From assembly GCA_951406725.2 (NCBI GenBank), contig OX597829.1:50096001-50160000 (forward strand): a DNA stretch of 64,000 nucleotides, read 5' to 3'. The notes beneath the pieces were generated by a model that had not been told where the DNA came from, did no database searches, and was given only the letters and a program-made list of their open reading frames with translations. The translations under genes were made by a program, and so were the position numbers. Positions 1 to 12,659 of this stretch are shown piece by piece (within the stretch, counting starts at the first letter, position 1; the number at the start of each line of letters is the position of its first letter). This DNA comes from Octopus vulgaris. Its lineage: Eukaryota.

Positions 1-226
1 AAAGTTCCCCCAGTTCTGAAAATCGATAAATTCGACATGGGGTCGAGAATCAGAAACACAAACCACAGACTGTCTAGGGGACGCAACTCGACCTTTTTTA
101 ACACTCAAAAAAAAATTTACCATAATTTTTTTTCCCATTTTTTTGCTATTTTTTGGCTATAACTCTCTAAAAATGCTTTATAGTTATTTCCCTTACAAAC
201 CTGAGCAACGCCGGGCGATACTGCTA

Positions 227-227
<1 letters not shown>
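1..227 (+). mobile_element. Non-autonomous Helitron, 3' end
   Basis: Subterminal hairpin cctgagcaacgccggg followed by CTAG|T; same terminus as the copies ending at 14182 and 27022. Confidence 0.75.
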
Positions 228-274
<47 letters not shown>

Positions 275-294
275 GTATGTATATATATTTATTT

Positions 295-798
295 TCATAT
301 TTGTTTCAGTCATTTGACTGTGGCCATGCTGGAGCACTGCCTTGGGACTTATTTTTAAGGCCAAGTGCTTATTACATCAGTCTTTTTGCCAAACTGGTAA
401 GTTATGGGAACATAAACACACCAACACTGGTTGTCAAGTGGTGATAGGGGACAAACACAGACACTGCTCCGGAGCGTCGGCTGCGGGGTCATTCCGAAAA
501 GCTCTACCTGCGACGATTTCATCTCAATCGAAGGAGAGGAGCTTTCTCCGTCCGGGTGGCGGATCCGTGGAACAAGCTGCCAGACGAGATGGTGAAGATG
601 CCGACGACCGCTTTGTTCAAAGCCTCCCTGGACCTCAAGTGGCCTGAACTCTTTACATGAACATCACCCTGTACTTAACTCCATGTCCCCCTACATGGCC
701 TTGCTATTTGCTTTTTGCCAAATTAACTAACTAACTAACTAACTAACTAACAAAAACAAACACACTCACACACACACACATACATATATGCATACATA

Positions 799-852
<54 letters not shown>

Positions 853-1006
853 CGACGAACTTCTTCAGTTTCCATCTGCCATATCTACTCACAAGGCTTT
901 GGTCGGCCCGAGGCTATAGTAGAAGACACTTGTCCAAGGTGCCATGCAGTGGGACTGAACCCAGAACCATGTGGTTGGGAAGCAAGCTTCTTCCAACACA
1001 GCCACA
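295..1006 (-). mobile_element. tRNA-derived SINE (main family with internal TA/CA microsatellite), interrupted by a CR1 fragment
   Basis: Matches the many copies ggagtggctgtgtggtaag...atgactgaaacaagtaaaagag. Confidence 0.8.
465..751 (+). mobile_element. CR1-clade LINE 3' fragment with (TAAC)n tail
   Basis: Open frame APERRLRGHSEKLYLRRFHLNRRRGAFSVRVADPWNKLP...FKASLD..* (stop 658-660), then a short 3' UTR and tandem TAAC tail. Confidence 0.85.
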
Positions 1007-1179
1007 AGTAATGACTTTATATCCAAGTATACACTTGTGGTATGCTGTTTAAAACCTATCCACAGTATTCAGTTATCTTTGTGCTTATAGAGTTAGTGAT
1101 TGAAGCCAATGGCGATTTTATTGAATAAATTGACTCTTTAGTATTTCAAGATATTTTTATGTAACATTGATAAATATAC

Positions 1180-1408
1180 CTATTTCTTTACTACCCACAA
1201 GGGGCTAAACACAGAGGAGACAAACAAGGACAGACGAATTAAGTCGATTATATCGATCCCAGTGCATAATTGGTACTTAATTTATCGACCCCGAAAGGAT
1301 GAAAGGCAAAGTCGACATTGGCAGAATTTGAACTCAGAACGTAACGGCAGACGAAATACTGCTCAGCATTTCGTCCGGCATGCTAACGATTCTGCCAGCT
1401 CGCCACCT
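1180..1408 (-). mobile_element. tRNA-derived SINE, family 2 (Nin/Deu-like central domain)
   Basis: B-box gagttcaaattc and ctttcatcctttcggggtcgataaattaagtacc. Other copies at about 35815-36040, 49646-49860, 49871-50290 and 56672-56900. Confidence 0.75.
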
Positions 1409-1574
1409 TTAAATATACCTCTTTAAAATGAGATATCAGTGTTATTTTCATTTTTGCATAATTTAGACAACAGTTTATTCATCGCAACCTGTATATGTAT
1501 ATACATACATACATACATACATACATACATACATACACATATATATATATATATATGTATGTATGTATGTATGT

Positions 1575-1870
1575 ATATCACGTGATCACGTGACCAACCA
1601 GTCCATCAGATGTAGTTACACATCGCTGGTCACAATGCGTTCGCATTGTTTTAGCCTTCGAATCACGCCACCCCGCTGGCTAAGCGAGCAGGCCAACAGA
1701 AGAAAGAGTGGGAGAAAGAGTGGCGAAAGAGTACAGCAGGGATCACCACCCACTGCCGGAGCCTCGTGCAGCTTTTAGGTGTTTTCACTCAATAAACACT
1801 CACAACACCCAGTCTGGGAATCAAAACCGTGAGTCCGCTGCCCTAACCACTGGGCCATTGCGCCTCCACA
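1575..1870 (-). mobile_element. tRNA-derived SINE
   Basis: Head ggaggcgcaatggcccagtggttagg...ggttttgattccc on the minus strand. Confidence 0.65.
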
Positions 1871-1945
1871 TGTATGTATATATATATATATATATAAAAT
1901 AAAAACTTACTTGGAGAAGAAGAAAACGACGTGTGGCGTTCAATC

Positions 1946-2855
1946 ATATAATAACAATTTAATAAATAAAACATATGCATACATACATATATGTACATAC
2001 CTACATCTATATGTATATATACATGCATATATGAGTACAGGACACCACAAATAAACGTAGAACACAACGAGAACGAAAACATAAAATCAAACAAGGAAAC
2101 AGACTTTTTTAACAAGACAAACAATTCAAGGAATATTCCCCTTCATCAGCTACCCCTGGTTCGACTCAATGCGTGTTTTGAAGGTAAGGGCAGAACATGA
2201 TCCGGTCGAAGCAGTCCTTCCTGCAAAATAAATTAAAATAAAATTCTTTTGCAGAGGCGTCAAAAAGTGACAAGAACAGGACGTAAAAGCAATACAAATG
2301 AAGAATAAAAACAGGACAAGGAAACTACCGGAGGGCTACTAACTTTCGTTCTGCCCACTGCTTTCAACAAGTTGACATCGGTTTTTTTCTGTCATCCACA
2401 AGCCGATCTTCAGAATGCGTTCTAACGAATTTTTCCACCGTCTAGGCTTAAAAAAAGCCCTTATTGTTGGTTTCCTTGTCCTGTTTTTATTCTTCATTTG
2501 TATTGCTTTTACGTCCTGTTCTTGTCACTTTTTTGACGCCTCTGCAAAAGAATTTTATTTAATTTATTTTGCAGGAAGGACTGCTTCGACCGGATCATGT
2601 TCTGCCCTTACCTTCAAAACACGCATTGAGTCGAACCAGGGACAGCTGATGAAGGGGAATATTCCTTGAATTGTTTGTCTTGTTAAAAAAAGTCTGTTTC
2701 CTTGTTTGATTTTATGTTTTCGTTTCTCGTTGTGTTCTACGTTTATTTGTGGTGTCCTGTACTCATATATGCATGTATATATACATATAGATGTAGGTAT
2801 GTACATATATGTATGTATGTATACATATGTTTTATTTATTAAATTGTTATTATAT
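1946..2855. repeat. Long inverted repeat (arms about 380 bp: 1946-2325 and 2470-2855), PLE-like element in TA tract
   Basis: Arms are near-identical reverse complements (same ORF peptide on both strands); each has a degenerate CTGATGA hammerhead-like core. Confidence 0.85.
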
Positions 2856-2874
2856 ATATATATATTTTCTCTTA

Positions 2875-3691
<817 letters not shown>

Positions 3692-3793
3692 CTTAGTATT
3701 ACTTAAATTTTCCTCGAATGGGGCTTTTACATGCCGAAATCTACTTGGTGTAATTGATAATTATTCCAAATTAATTAATTTCACTCTTTATTG

Positions 3794-3833
<40 letters not shown>

Positions 3834-4084
3834 CAAAGGTACAAAGTCCAATATTAAAGCCATGAGTAATTGGGTGTGTCAACCTTTTTTCACAAAAGAA
3901 CCTACCTTGGGCTGGTCATGTCTTTATTTTTTTTTTGTTTTTTTTGAGGTATTCTCACTTTTTGTTTGTGAAGTTGTGTTTATTAGTCATGGCTTTATTA
4001 ATATAGAAATTGGTTTTTCTTGTGCTTTGATGTCTACTCAGAAGTATTTGGGTAAAGGTCTTATTCTTTTCTTCTGTTATTCTT

Positions 4085-4635
4085 TTATTTGTTTCTGTCA
4101 TTTGATTGCGGCCATGCTGGAGCACTGTCTTTAGTCAGAGAAATCGACTCCAGGACTTAGTCTTTGTAAGCTTAGTACTTATTTCATCGGTCTCTTTTTT
4201 GCTGAACTGCTTAGTTACGGGGAATGTAAACACACCAACATCGGTTGTCAAGCGATGGTGGGTGGGGGGGGAACAAATACAGACACACAAATGCACACAT
4301 ACACACACATACATACACATATGACAGGCTCCTTTCAGTTTCCGTCTACCAATTCCACTCACGAGGCTTTGGTGGGCCTGAAGCTATAGTAGAAGATACT
4401 TGCCCAAGGTGCCCCACAGTGGGACTGAACCTGAAACCATGTGGTTGGAGAGCAAGCTATTTACCACACAGCCACTCCAGGCTTCTTTCACTTTCCATCT
4501 ACCAAATCGACTAACAAAGCTTTGGTCAACCTGAAGCTATAGAAGATGATACTTGCCCAAGGTACTAGGCAGCAGGACTGAACCTGGAACCATGTGGTTG
4601 GGAAGCAAGCTACTTACCACACAGCCTTACCTGTG
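4085..4635 (-). mobile_element. Main-family SINE with duplicated head
   Basis: Two tandem tRNA-head segments. Confidence 0.7.
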
Positions 4636-4867
4636 CCTTATACATTTCTCTCAAGGTGTTCATTGCTCTATGAGCAATTTGATTAGTATGCAGAGATTTT
4701 AAACTTCCTATTTTGTGGAGGTAGATTTTGTTTGGTGTTTATAAAATTTTTTGTAATTCTGTTCTCCATATATGCTAAAACAGGGCTGATGCATAAGGTA
4801 TGTGTATATTCATGGATGAAAATGGGAACAAAGATATAATATAATTTAATTAGAAATAAAAGAAAAA

Positions 4868-5027
4868 AGGAGTGGCTGTGTGGTAAATAGCTTGCTTACA
4901 AACTACATGGTTCCAGGTTCAGTCCCACTGCGTGGCACCTTGGGCAAATGTCTTCTACTATAGCCTCAGGCCGATCAAAGCCTTGTGAGTGGATTTGGTA
5001 GACGGAAACTGAAAGAAGCCTGTTGTA

Positions 5028-5088
<61 letters not shown>

Positions 5089-5322
5089 GTATGCGTGTGT
5101 GTATATGTTTGTGTGTCTGTGTTTGTCCCCCCAACATTGCTTGACACCTGATAGTGGTGTGTTTACGTACCTGTAACTTAGTGGTTCGGCAAAAGAGACC
5201 GATGGAATAAGTACTAGGCTTACAAAGAATAAGTCCTGGGGTCGATTTGCTCGACTAAAGGCCCTGCTCCAGCATGGCCACAGTCAAATGACTGAAACAA
5301 GTAAAAGAGTAAAGAGTAAAGA
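4868..5322 (+). mobile_element. Main-family SINE, full length
   Basis: Head ggagtggctgtgtggtaa, internal (TA)n, tail gtaaaagagtaaagag. Confidence 0.8.
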
Positions 5323-5601
5323 GAGGAAGGAATTCTTTCAGTGTGTTTGCATGCAAATATACATTTTATGTGTGTGTATGTAGGTTTGTGTAGTTTTATT
5401 AGAAAATCTTTTGCGGGGATTTTAGCTGCACTTTTGTACCATTGACCTTTATATAGTCAAAGCAAAAGAATTAAATACAATAATATCAAAAACAACAACA
5501 AAAATTGTCACTCCTGGTGCCGACATATCAAAGGAGAAACACTTACAGGCTTTTTTCCATACATGAATAAATTCTGAACAATAACACAAAGCCATTTCTG
5601 C

Positions 5602-5831
5602 TGTGTCTGGGGAGAGTCATTTTCTTTTTGTGCCTTATAATGTAACACACTCACCGGTAAAATTTCTACTTATTTCTTATTTTTATTTTCATTGTGTCTT
5701 GCAACCTTTTGAAAAGGTCGCAAGACACAATGAAAATTTTAGGAATAAAAAATAACAAAATATGTAGAAATTTTACCAGTGAGTGTGTTAAATAATAAGG
5801 CACTAAAAGAGAATGACTCTCCCCAGACACA
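5602..5831. repeat. Imperfect fold-back palindrome (MITE-like or PLE-like)
   Basis: tgtgtctggggagagtca...tgactctccccagacaca, centred on accttttgaaaaggt. Confidence 0.8.
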
Positions 5832-6254
5832 ACAAAATATGCTTCAACACACGAACTCATATAAAGAATCTTGCAAACCAAATCCAAAAATGAAACACCA
5901 AGCCAAATTTAATCAATAAAATTTTTTTCCAAAACTCCTTTCCATAACAGACTACAAAAAAAACCTAATCACCATTCCACTCAAAGCCACGCACCAAAAG
6001 ATGATTTTAACTCAACAGAGACTATTTAAAGTCAAGACTAACCATAATGCATCATAGTCCAATGATGGCTTAACTGGTTGAAACTTCGAAGTCACTGTCA
6101 ACAACATTCTTGTATAAGAATAATAAATTTGATATCCATCCATCCATCCATCCATCCATCCATCCATCCATCCATCCATCCATCCATCCATCCATCCATC
6201 CATCCATCCATCCATCCATCCATCCATCCATCCATCCATCCATCTATCTATCTA

Positions 6255-6287
<33 letters not shown>

Positions 6288-6539
6288 ATACAACAGGCTT
6301 CTTTCAATTTCCCTCTACCAAATCTTTTCACAAGGCCTTGGTCAGCCTGAGGCTACAGTAAAAGACATTTGCCCAAGGTGCCACACAATGAGACTGAAAC
6401 CAGGACCATGAGGTTGGGAAGCAAGTTTTTACCACACAGCCATGCCTGTGCTTATATCTACACTGTCATGCGTGTGATGATGATGATGATGATGATGATG
6501 ATGACAATGACGATGACGACGACGACAACAACAACACTC

Positions 6540-7010
6540 ACTGGAAAAGGTAATGGGCAAAAATCTTCTGGGACTTGACTTCCAGTCAGACAAGGTGTTA
6601 TAGCACCGAAGGCCGGATATAGTAACGTTTAGGAGGGACAAACAAGAGTACTTAACGATTGACGCGGCAGTGCCAGGAGATCAACATATCATCATGCAAG
6701 AAAGAGAAATGGTTGATAAATATGGAGACCTGAGAATTGAGAGATCGCTAAGATGTGACAGCTACGAGAGTCTCGAACATAAAGGTTATTCCTGTTGTCA
6801 TCGGAGCATTGGGTTCAATAACACCCAATCTGAAGAAACATCTGAAAACTTTAGAAATACCCTACAACCTAGGTGTATTGCAAAAGTCAGCATTACTTGG
6901 AATTGCACACATATTGTGTAAAGTACTGTCTGTCTGAGGTCCATGTTGCGACTTGACAGTACAAACCCCCGGTAGACATAATACCCAGTAGATGCCTATT
7001 ATTATTGTTG
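6540..7010 (+). mobile_element. R4/Dong-like non-LTR retrotransposon, restriction-like endonuclease C-terminus (degenerate)
   Basis: KI.WD...RPDIV...IDAAVPGD...KYGDL...VIPVVIGALG...LQKSALLG..HIL; flanked by trinucleotide microsatellites. Confidence 0.75.
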
Positions 7011-7274
7011 TTGTTGTTATGTGATGAAAACTCAGCTTATTTTACTGGTTATAATGGAAAGTGTCAGCTGTCCAAGAGCCCTGTGAAGAATTCTTGCAAT
7101 TCCAAGCAACGCTGATTTTTGTAGGTGTTCTATCTTTTGTATGTCATTATTTACTTCCACAGAAATCCATATGGATGTGAGTGTAAGAAACCCAGATGGA
7201 ATAACAATACTCTACAGTGATCAGGGGTGCTGCTGAGAATGGGAGATAGGGGCGGTTGCCGTTATCATCATCAT

Positions 7275-7830
7275 TTAACCATCAAGCATTTAAACCAGCA
7301 ATATCCAGCCAAGATATTCTGCCTGTTTCATGTTCAAATCAGCTAGATCCAGCCTCTCATACCTACCCTACAATGTCATTCTAAAAATCACATTCACATG
7401 ATCAAAATCTTGAAGCTACAAGACAAATCATGATTATTTAAAAACATTGTGAGTAAATAAGTAATTACATTTGGCAGAGTAACCTGAATGCTAAAGGATT
7501 AAATCAGCCATACCTGACACCTCATACCTACCCTGCAATGTCATTCTACAAATAATCACATCATCAGAATATCAAAGCTATGAGATAATGCATGATTATT
7601 TCAAAACATAGTGAATAAATAAGCATTATTTTTGACGGAGTAACCTGAATGCTAAAGAGTTAAACCAGCCATATCTGACATTTCATACCTACCCTACAAT
7701 GTTATTCTAAAAATAAGCAATCACATCATCAAAATCTCAAAGCTACGAGACAAAGCATGATTAATTCAGAACAATGTGAATAAATAAGTAATTACATTTG
7801 ACAGAGTAACCTGAATGCTAAAGGGTTAAA
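7275..7830 (+). repeat. Tandem array (about 3 units) of a piggyBac-like MITE ending gctaaagggTTAA
   Basis: Repeated acctaccctacaatgtcattctaaaaat...aatgctaaagggttaa. Related arrays at about 20940-21570 and 61980-63215. Confidence 0.55.
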
Positions 7831-8929
7831 TTAACTTTGAAAATAATTCATTTTTAAATAAAATAATTCATTATTAAGTTGGGTTTTGAAACAAATTAAT
7901 ATGAAATTTTGATGGAAGGTTTTAAGTTAAATCATTATAAAATAAAAGAATAATTATAGGAGTGCTTTCAGGTGGATTGGTATCAAAAGGGTTTTTTTTT
8001 CTGTAAAGAACACAATACAAATGCAAAAAAAATCTCTCTTTGAATAAGACAACAATCTACCTGGCAGGTGCAAACATTCCTCTGTGTCCTGACACGTGTT
8101 TTTGACATCTGGACAAAACTAAAGTTGTGAAGAATATAGTGTTCTGAAAAGACACACCTACAATAGAGTTAACCCTTTTGTTATATTTCTAAGGTAAAAC
8201 ACAGCTTTCATTGAACCATGTAGCATTTAAATTGGCCATCATTTAACATCTGCTTTCCATGCTGGCATGGATTGGACAGTTTGACAGGAGCTGGCCAGGC
8301 AGAAGACTACACCTGACTTCTGTGTCTGTTTTGGCATGGCTTTTATGGCTGGATGCCCTTCCTAACACTAATCACCCAGCAGAATGGACTGAGTGCTTTG
8401 TTATGTGGCACCATCACAGGCGAGGTCAGTTTTGGCATGGTTTTTACAGCCAGATGCCCTTCCAAATGCTAACCACCTTACAGTGTGGACTAGATGCTTT
8501 TTATGTGGTGCCAGTACTGGCAGGGTCACCAATCTGGCCCAAATGTTCTACCTGTTTTAGACTAAGACTGACCCCCTCACAACTACCCTACAATGTCATT
8601 CTAAAAATACACAATCACATGATCAAAATCTTGAAGCTACAAGATAATTAATGATAGATTCAAAACAATGTGGATGAACAAGAATTACTTTTGACAGAAT
8701 AACCTGAATGTCAAAAGGTTTACGTCCATTTTCCATGCTGGTGTATGGGACCACCTTGACAGGAGCTGACTAGGCCAGGAGGAGCACCAGGTACCATAGT
8801 CTGATATAGAAGTGTTATTGCCTCATGAGCAAATTTGTGCTTTATTTGTTGTGTTTCTGTGATAGTGAAAGACAGCTGCTGTTAGTATTGTGATAGCATA
8901 GATAGTGTGGTAGTGAAATCTGATGATGA

Positions 8930-10077
8930 AAATGATATTATGGTTTGCAATACTAACTTCAGGAAACCTGCCAGTTACCTAGTCACCTACTGTTCTGGCA
9001 GACACACTAACCAAATTGACTACATCCTCATTAGAAAAAGGGAAAGATAGCTGCTTATAAATGCCAAAACCTTCCCAGGCAAAGAATGTACTCCACAACA
9101 TAGACTGGTAGTTAGTGACTTCAAGATCAGGGCTAAATAGATGTCCAGAAAATGACCAGCATGGAGGAGAAGGGTCTGGAAGCTTAAAGATCTTGTGAAT
9201 GGACAGAGATTTAGAGATACATTACACGAAGCCTTTAACAAAATGGAAGGGGTTATAGCTTCACACGATGTGGAAGACAACTGGAGGTTTCTAAGGGACA
9301 ACCTGCTGAGAGCAACTGACCAGATCTGTGGATGGTGCAAAGTCCCCTCTCGACCTAAAATAACATGGTGGTGGAACAATGTTGTAGACAGGGTTATTAG
9401 AGAAAAGAGACAGGCTTGGAAGGATGGGGGTAGCAGGGAATTGTATCAGACTGCCAAAAGAGAAGCTAGGAGACAGGTTTATTTAGCCAGAGGGAAAGCA
9501 GATAAGAAAAAATTTGCCAATGTTCTGTGCCATGAGGACCAAAGACTTGAGGTATTTCGTGTTGCAAGACAGTGTGTGAGAGAGAATCATGATGTTATCG
9601 GAGAGAAATGTGTCCACATAGATGATGGTTCTCTTGTACTAAATGAGGCTGCAAAGAGAGAGGTTTATAAACGCCACTATGAAAGGTTGCTGAATAAAGA
9701 AAATGAATGGGAGAAAATGAAAGAGAGTCTGCCGAATGTCGACCCAACAGAGGAACCAGCTATCCGAGTTGACAATACCTTGGTAGATAAAGCAATTAAG
9801 CGTAAGAAACCAGGGAAAGCCCCCGGCCCATCAGGAATCACTGCAGAGATGCTCAAAATGTCTGGCAGTGTCGGCTATAGCCTAGTCACCCGTATAGTTA
9901 ACCAGGTGATACACGAAGGAGTCATACCCAATGACTGGTGTAGCAGCACTATAGTCAACTGCTACAAAGGTAAAGGTGATGTTTTAGATACAAATAATTA
10001 CAGAGGTATCAAGTTGTTGGATCAGGTAATGACGGTCACGGAGAGGGTCATACCCCAACTAATTAGGGAGAGTCAGT
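8930..10077 (+). mobile_element. RTE-clade LINE relic (APE C-terminus to RT N-terminus; ORF 9195-10079)
   Basis: QIDYIL, QHRLVV, WWWNNVVD, KAPGPSGITAEML, YKGKGD...NYRGIKLL motifs; in-frame stops upstream. Confidence 0.9.
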
Positions 10078-10487
10078 AGATATTGTTTGGTATCTGTGGT
10101 TTTGTAAAATATGCCCGTTTCTGTTTTTAGGTTTATTTTTTTTTAATTAATATTTCCATGAATGGGAGCTCCTTTTGGTTGTATTCCATTGTGAATTGTA
10201 ATGTTTGGGTTGATGCCTTTCATTATTCTTTTGAATCCCAGGAGTTTGTCTGTGTTTTCATTCCAGAAGATGAAACAGTCATCTAGGAATCTTTTCCAAT
10301 TCACTTACATGTATTGGGAAAGAGGGTTTCCAAAGGTAGATAAAGATTCCTGGTATATCATTATTTCCAGAAAGCCCATTGTTAGGTTCACAATGACTGG
10401 AGCTACTCTAGTGCTCATGGCAATTCCAGATTTTTGTCGATAAAAAGTGTTATCAAACATGAAATGGTTATTTCGTAGGATGAATTC
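10078..10487 (-). mobile_element. Penelope-like element reverse transcriptase relic
   Basis: FILRNNHFMFDNTFYRQKSGIAMSTRVAP...(stop)...WKRFLDDCFIFW are PLE-type RT motifs. Confidence 0.85.
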
Positions 10488-10878
10488 AGTTGTGTGATAA
10501 GAAACTTGGTTCCCAACCACATGGTTCCAGGTTCAGTCCCATTGCATGGCACCTTGAGCAAGTGCTTTCTACTATAGCATTTTGCCAACCAAGCTTTCTG
10601 AATAATTTGGTAGATGGAAACTGAAAGAAGCCCATCATGTATATGTATGTATATCTATTTGTGTGTGTCTTTGTGTCTGTGTTTGTATCCCACAACTGGT
10701 GTTGATGTGTTCATTTCTCCATAACTTAGCAGTTCAGCAAACGGGAGCAATAGAATAATTACCAGCTTTAAAAAAAAAAAATAAGTACTGAGGTTGATTC
10801 ATTCGACTAAAAAATTCTTCAAGGCAGTGCCGTAGCATGGGCACAGTCTAATGACTGAAACAAGTCGGAAATAAAAGA
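10488..10878 (+). mobile_element. Main-family SINE (diverged)
   Basis: Similarity to the other copies. Confidence 0.7.
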
Positions 10879-10913
10879 TATGTGTGTGTATTTATATGTG
10901 TATGTGTGTGTGT

Positions 10914-11123
10914 GAGGGGGGGGTGCTGAAAAGTTTCTGACGTTAGGTAAAAGAAGATCAGTTAATTATGATTTTATTCAACATATTCCCCTTCTCAGAT
11001 TCACACACTTTTTGCAGTAGTTCTTCAGTTTTTCTAAGCCCTGTAAAAGAACTTGGAAGGTTGGTCCTCCAAGCAGGTATTTTTGTGATACCCTTAAAGC
11101 CAGGAACTTTTCAACTCCGTCTC
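10914..11123. mobile_element. Mariner-type MITE (about 210 bp)
   Basis: TIR gggtgctgaaaagtt / ggaacttttcaactcc. Family copies at about 43258-43472, 51757-51970 and 52020-52208. Confidence 0.65.
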
Positions 11124-11879
11124 ATATATATATATATATATGGTTTACTCAAAGCAGTGCCCCAGCATGGACACAGTCCAGTTACTGAAACAAGTAAAAG
11201 CTAAAAAATACACACACACACACACACACACACATACACACACACATACCATCATTATTATCATCATCATCATTTATTGTCCATGTTGAATGTTGGCATT
11301 AGTTGGACACAGTCAGACAAATGGATAGACGAACGGACAGACAGACAGACAGACACATAGATAGATACTGTCATTGATACATACAACGCTGTGTGTGTTT
11401 GTGTGTTAGGGGGTCTTTTGCCATAAGATCATCTTAGAAAAGAATTGTTTGAAGGTGCCGCGAGGAGAGAAAATGGAAGGGAGATAACTTAGTAACTGTC
11501 TTCACAGTTGATTTGGCAGAGACAGTGGAAAGCTGAATTGAATGTTTTGCCTTATTTCACGTATTTTATCTTTCTGTATTCTGAATTCAAGTTCAGCCAA
11601 TGTTCGTATGAGTATTTATTTACTAAATAAGTTAACGATAAGAAGAAGGATTATATTTAGTGTATTTCACTATTACAAGAAATAAACGGCAGACGTAAGG
11701 AGTTTCAAAAGATTTGTATTGGAAGAGGATTGGATTAAGATTAGTGTTTCACAGAAGAGTAAGATGGATATGTTAGTGGGAGGAAAACATATAATGGCTT
11801 TGGGTGAAATGATTAAATTGAGGTAGTGACAGTTGCCGTTGTCATCTTCTTTTACTCTTCATCCTTTCATTCTTTTTCA

Positions 11880-12650
11880 ACTTCTTGGTTAAGAGGAAAC
11901 CATTATTCCTGGCTTTCATTGACTTGGAGATGGCATTTGATAGGGTACCACCGTCGGTAAATCTAAGGAAATTAGATGCAAATGAATGGCTTTTGAGTGT
12001 TGTAAAAACTATGTACAAAGATCCAGTAAGTAAAGTGAGAGTCAGCAACAATTTTAGGGACATTTAAGGTAGAGTTCATCATGGTTCAGTCTTCAGTATT
12101 CTTCTGTTCCTCATAATGCTACAGACCTTCTTAGATAAATCTTATCAAAGTTGTATCCATGTAAAACAAAAATGCTTTCCAAAGCTCATATTATTCTTTT
12201 ATTCATTCACATCACCAAAATTTTCTTTATTGACAAAATTACAAAATTATTAAAAAAAAAATTCTTTTTTAAAAACCACCTCACTTACATTTATACCACT
12301 AAAAGTTTTCTTTAGCAACAAATTGAAAAGCATTATGTGGTCCTAATTTATTTTTGGCAAGAAAATCTTCTCAGCTAAATGGCCCTGCTCAACATTTAAG
12401 AAAGGTGTTAGTAGAAATTCTATACTGTGAGCCCAGTGCAAGCAAGCTATTGGCACACAAGAGGTGCATTGGAATCACAGGGAGTTTAATGAAGAAAGGT
12501 GCCGTATTTGAAAGAGTAAATGAGGGCTATACCAAAGAGGAATGTCGCTGTCAACCTCGTCCACCAGGCAACTTCTTTTGCAATAACCACCAGACAAAGG
12601 AAAAACTGACTTAAGAAAGATAGCAAGTCAGTTACCATTATGGGGCCAGC
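11880..12650 (+). mobile_element. Degenerate RTE LINE fragments
   Basis: KPLFLAFIDLEMAFDRVP, VHHGSV.S and HKRC.GITG motifs. Confidence 0.65.
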
Positions 12651-12659
12651 AATTATAGA

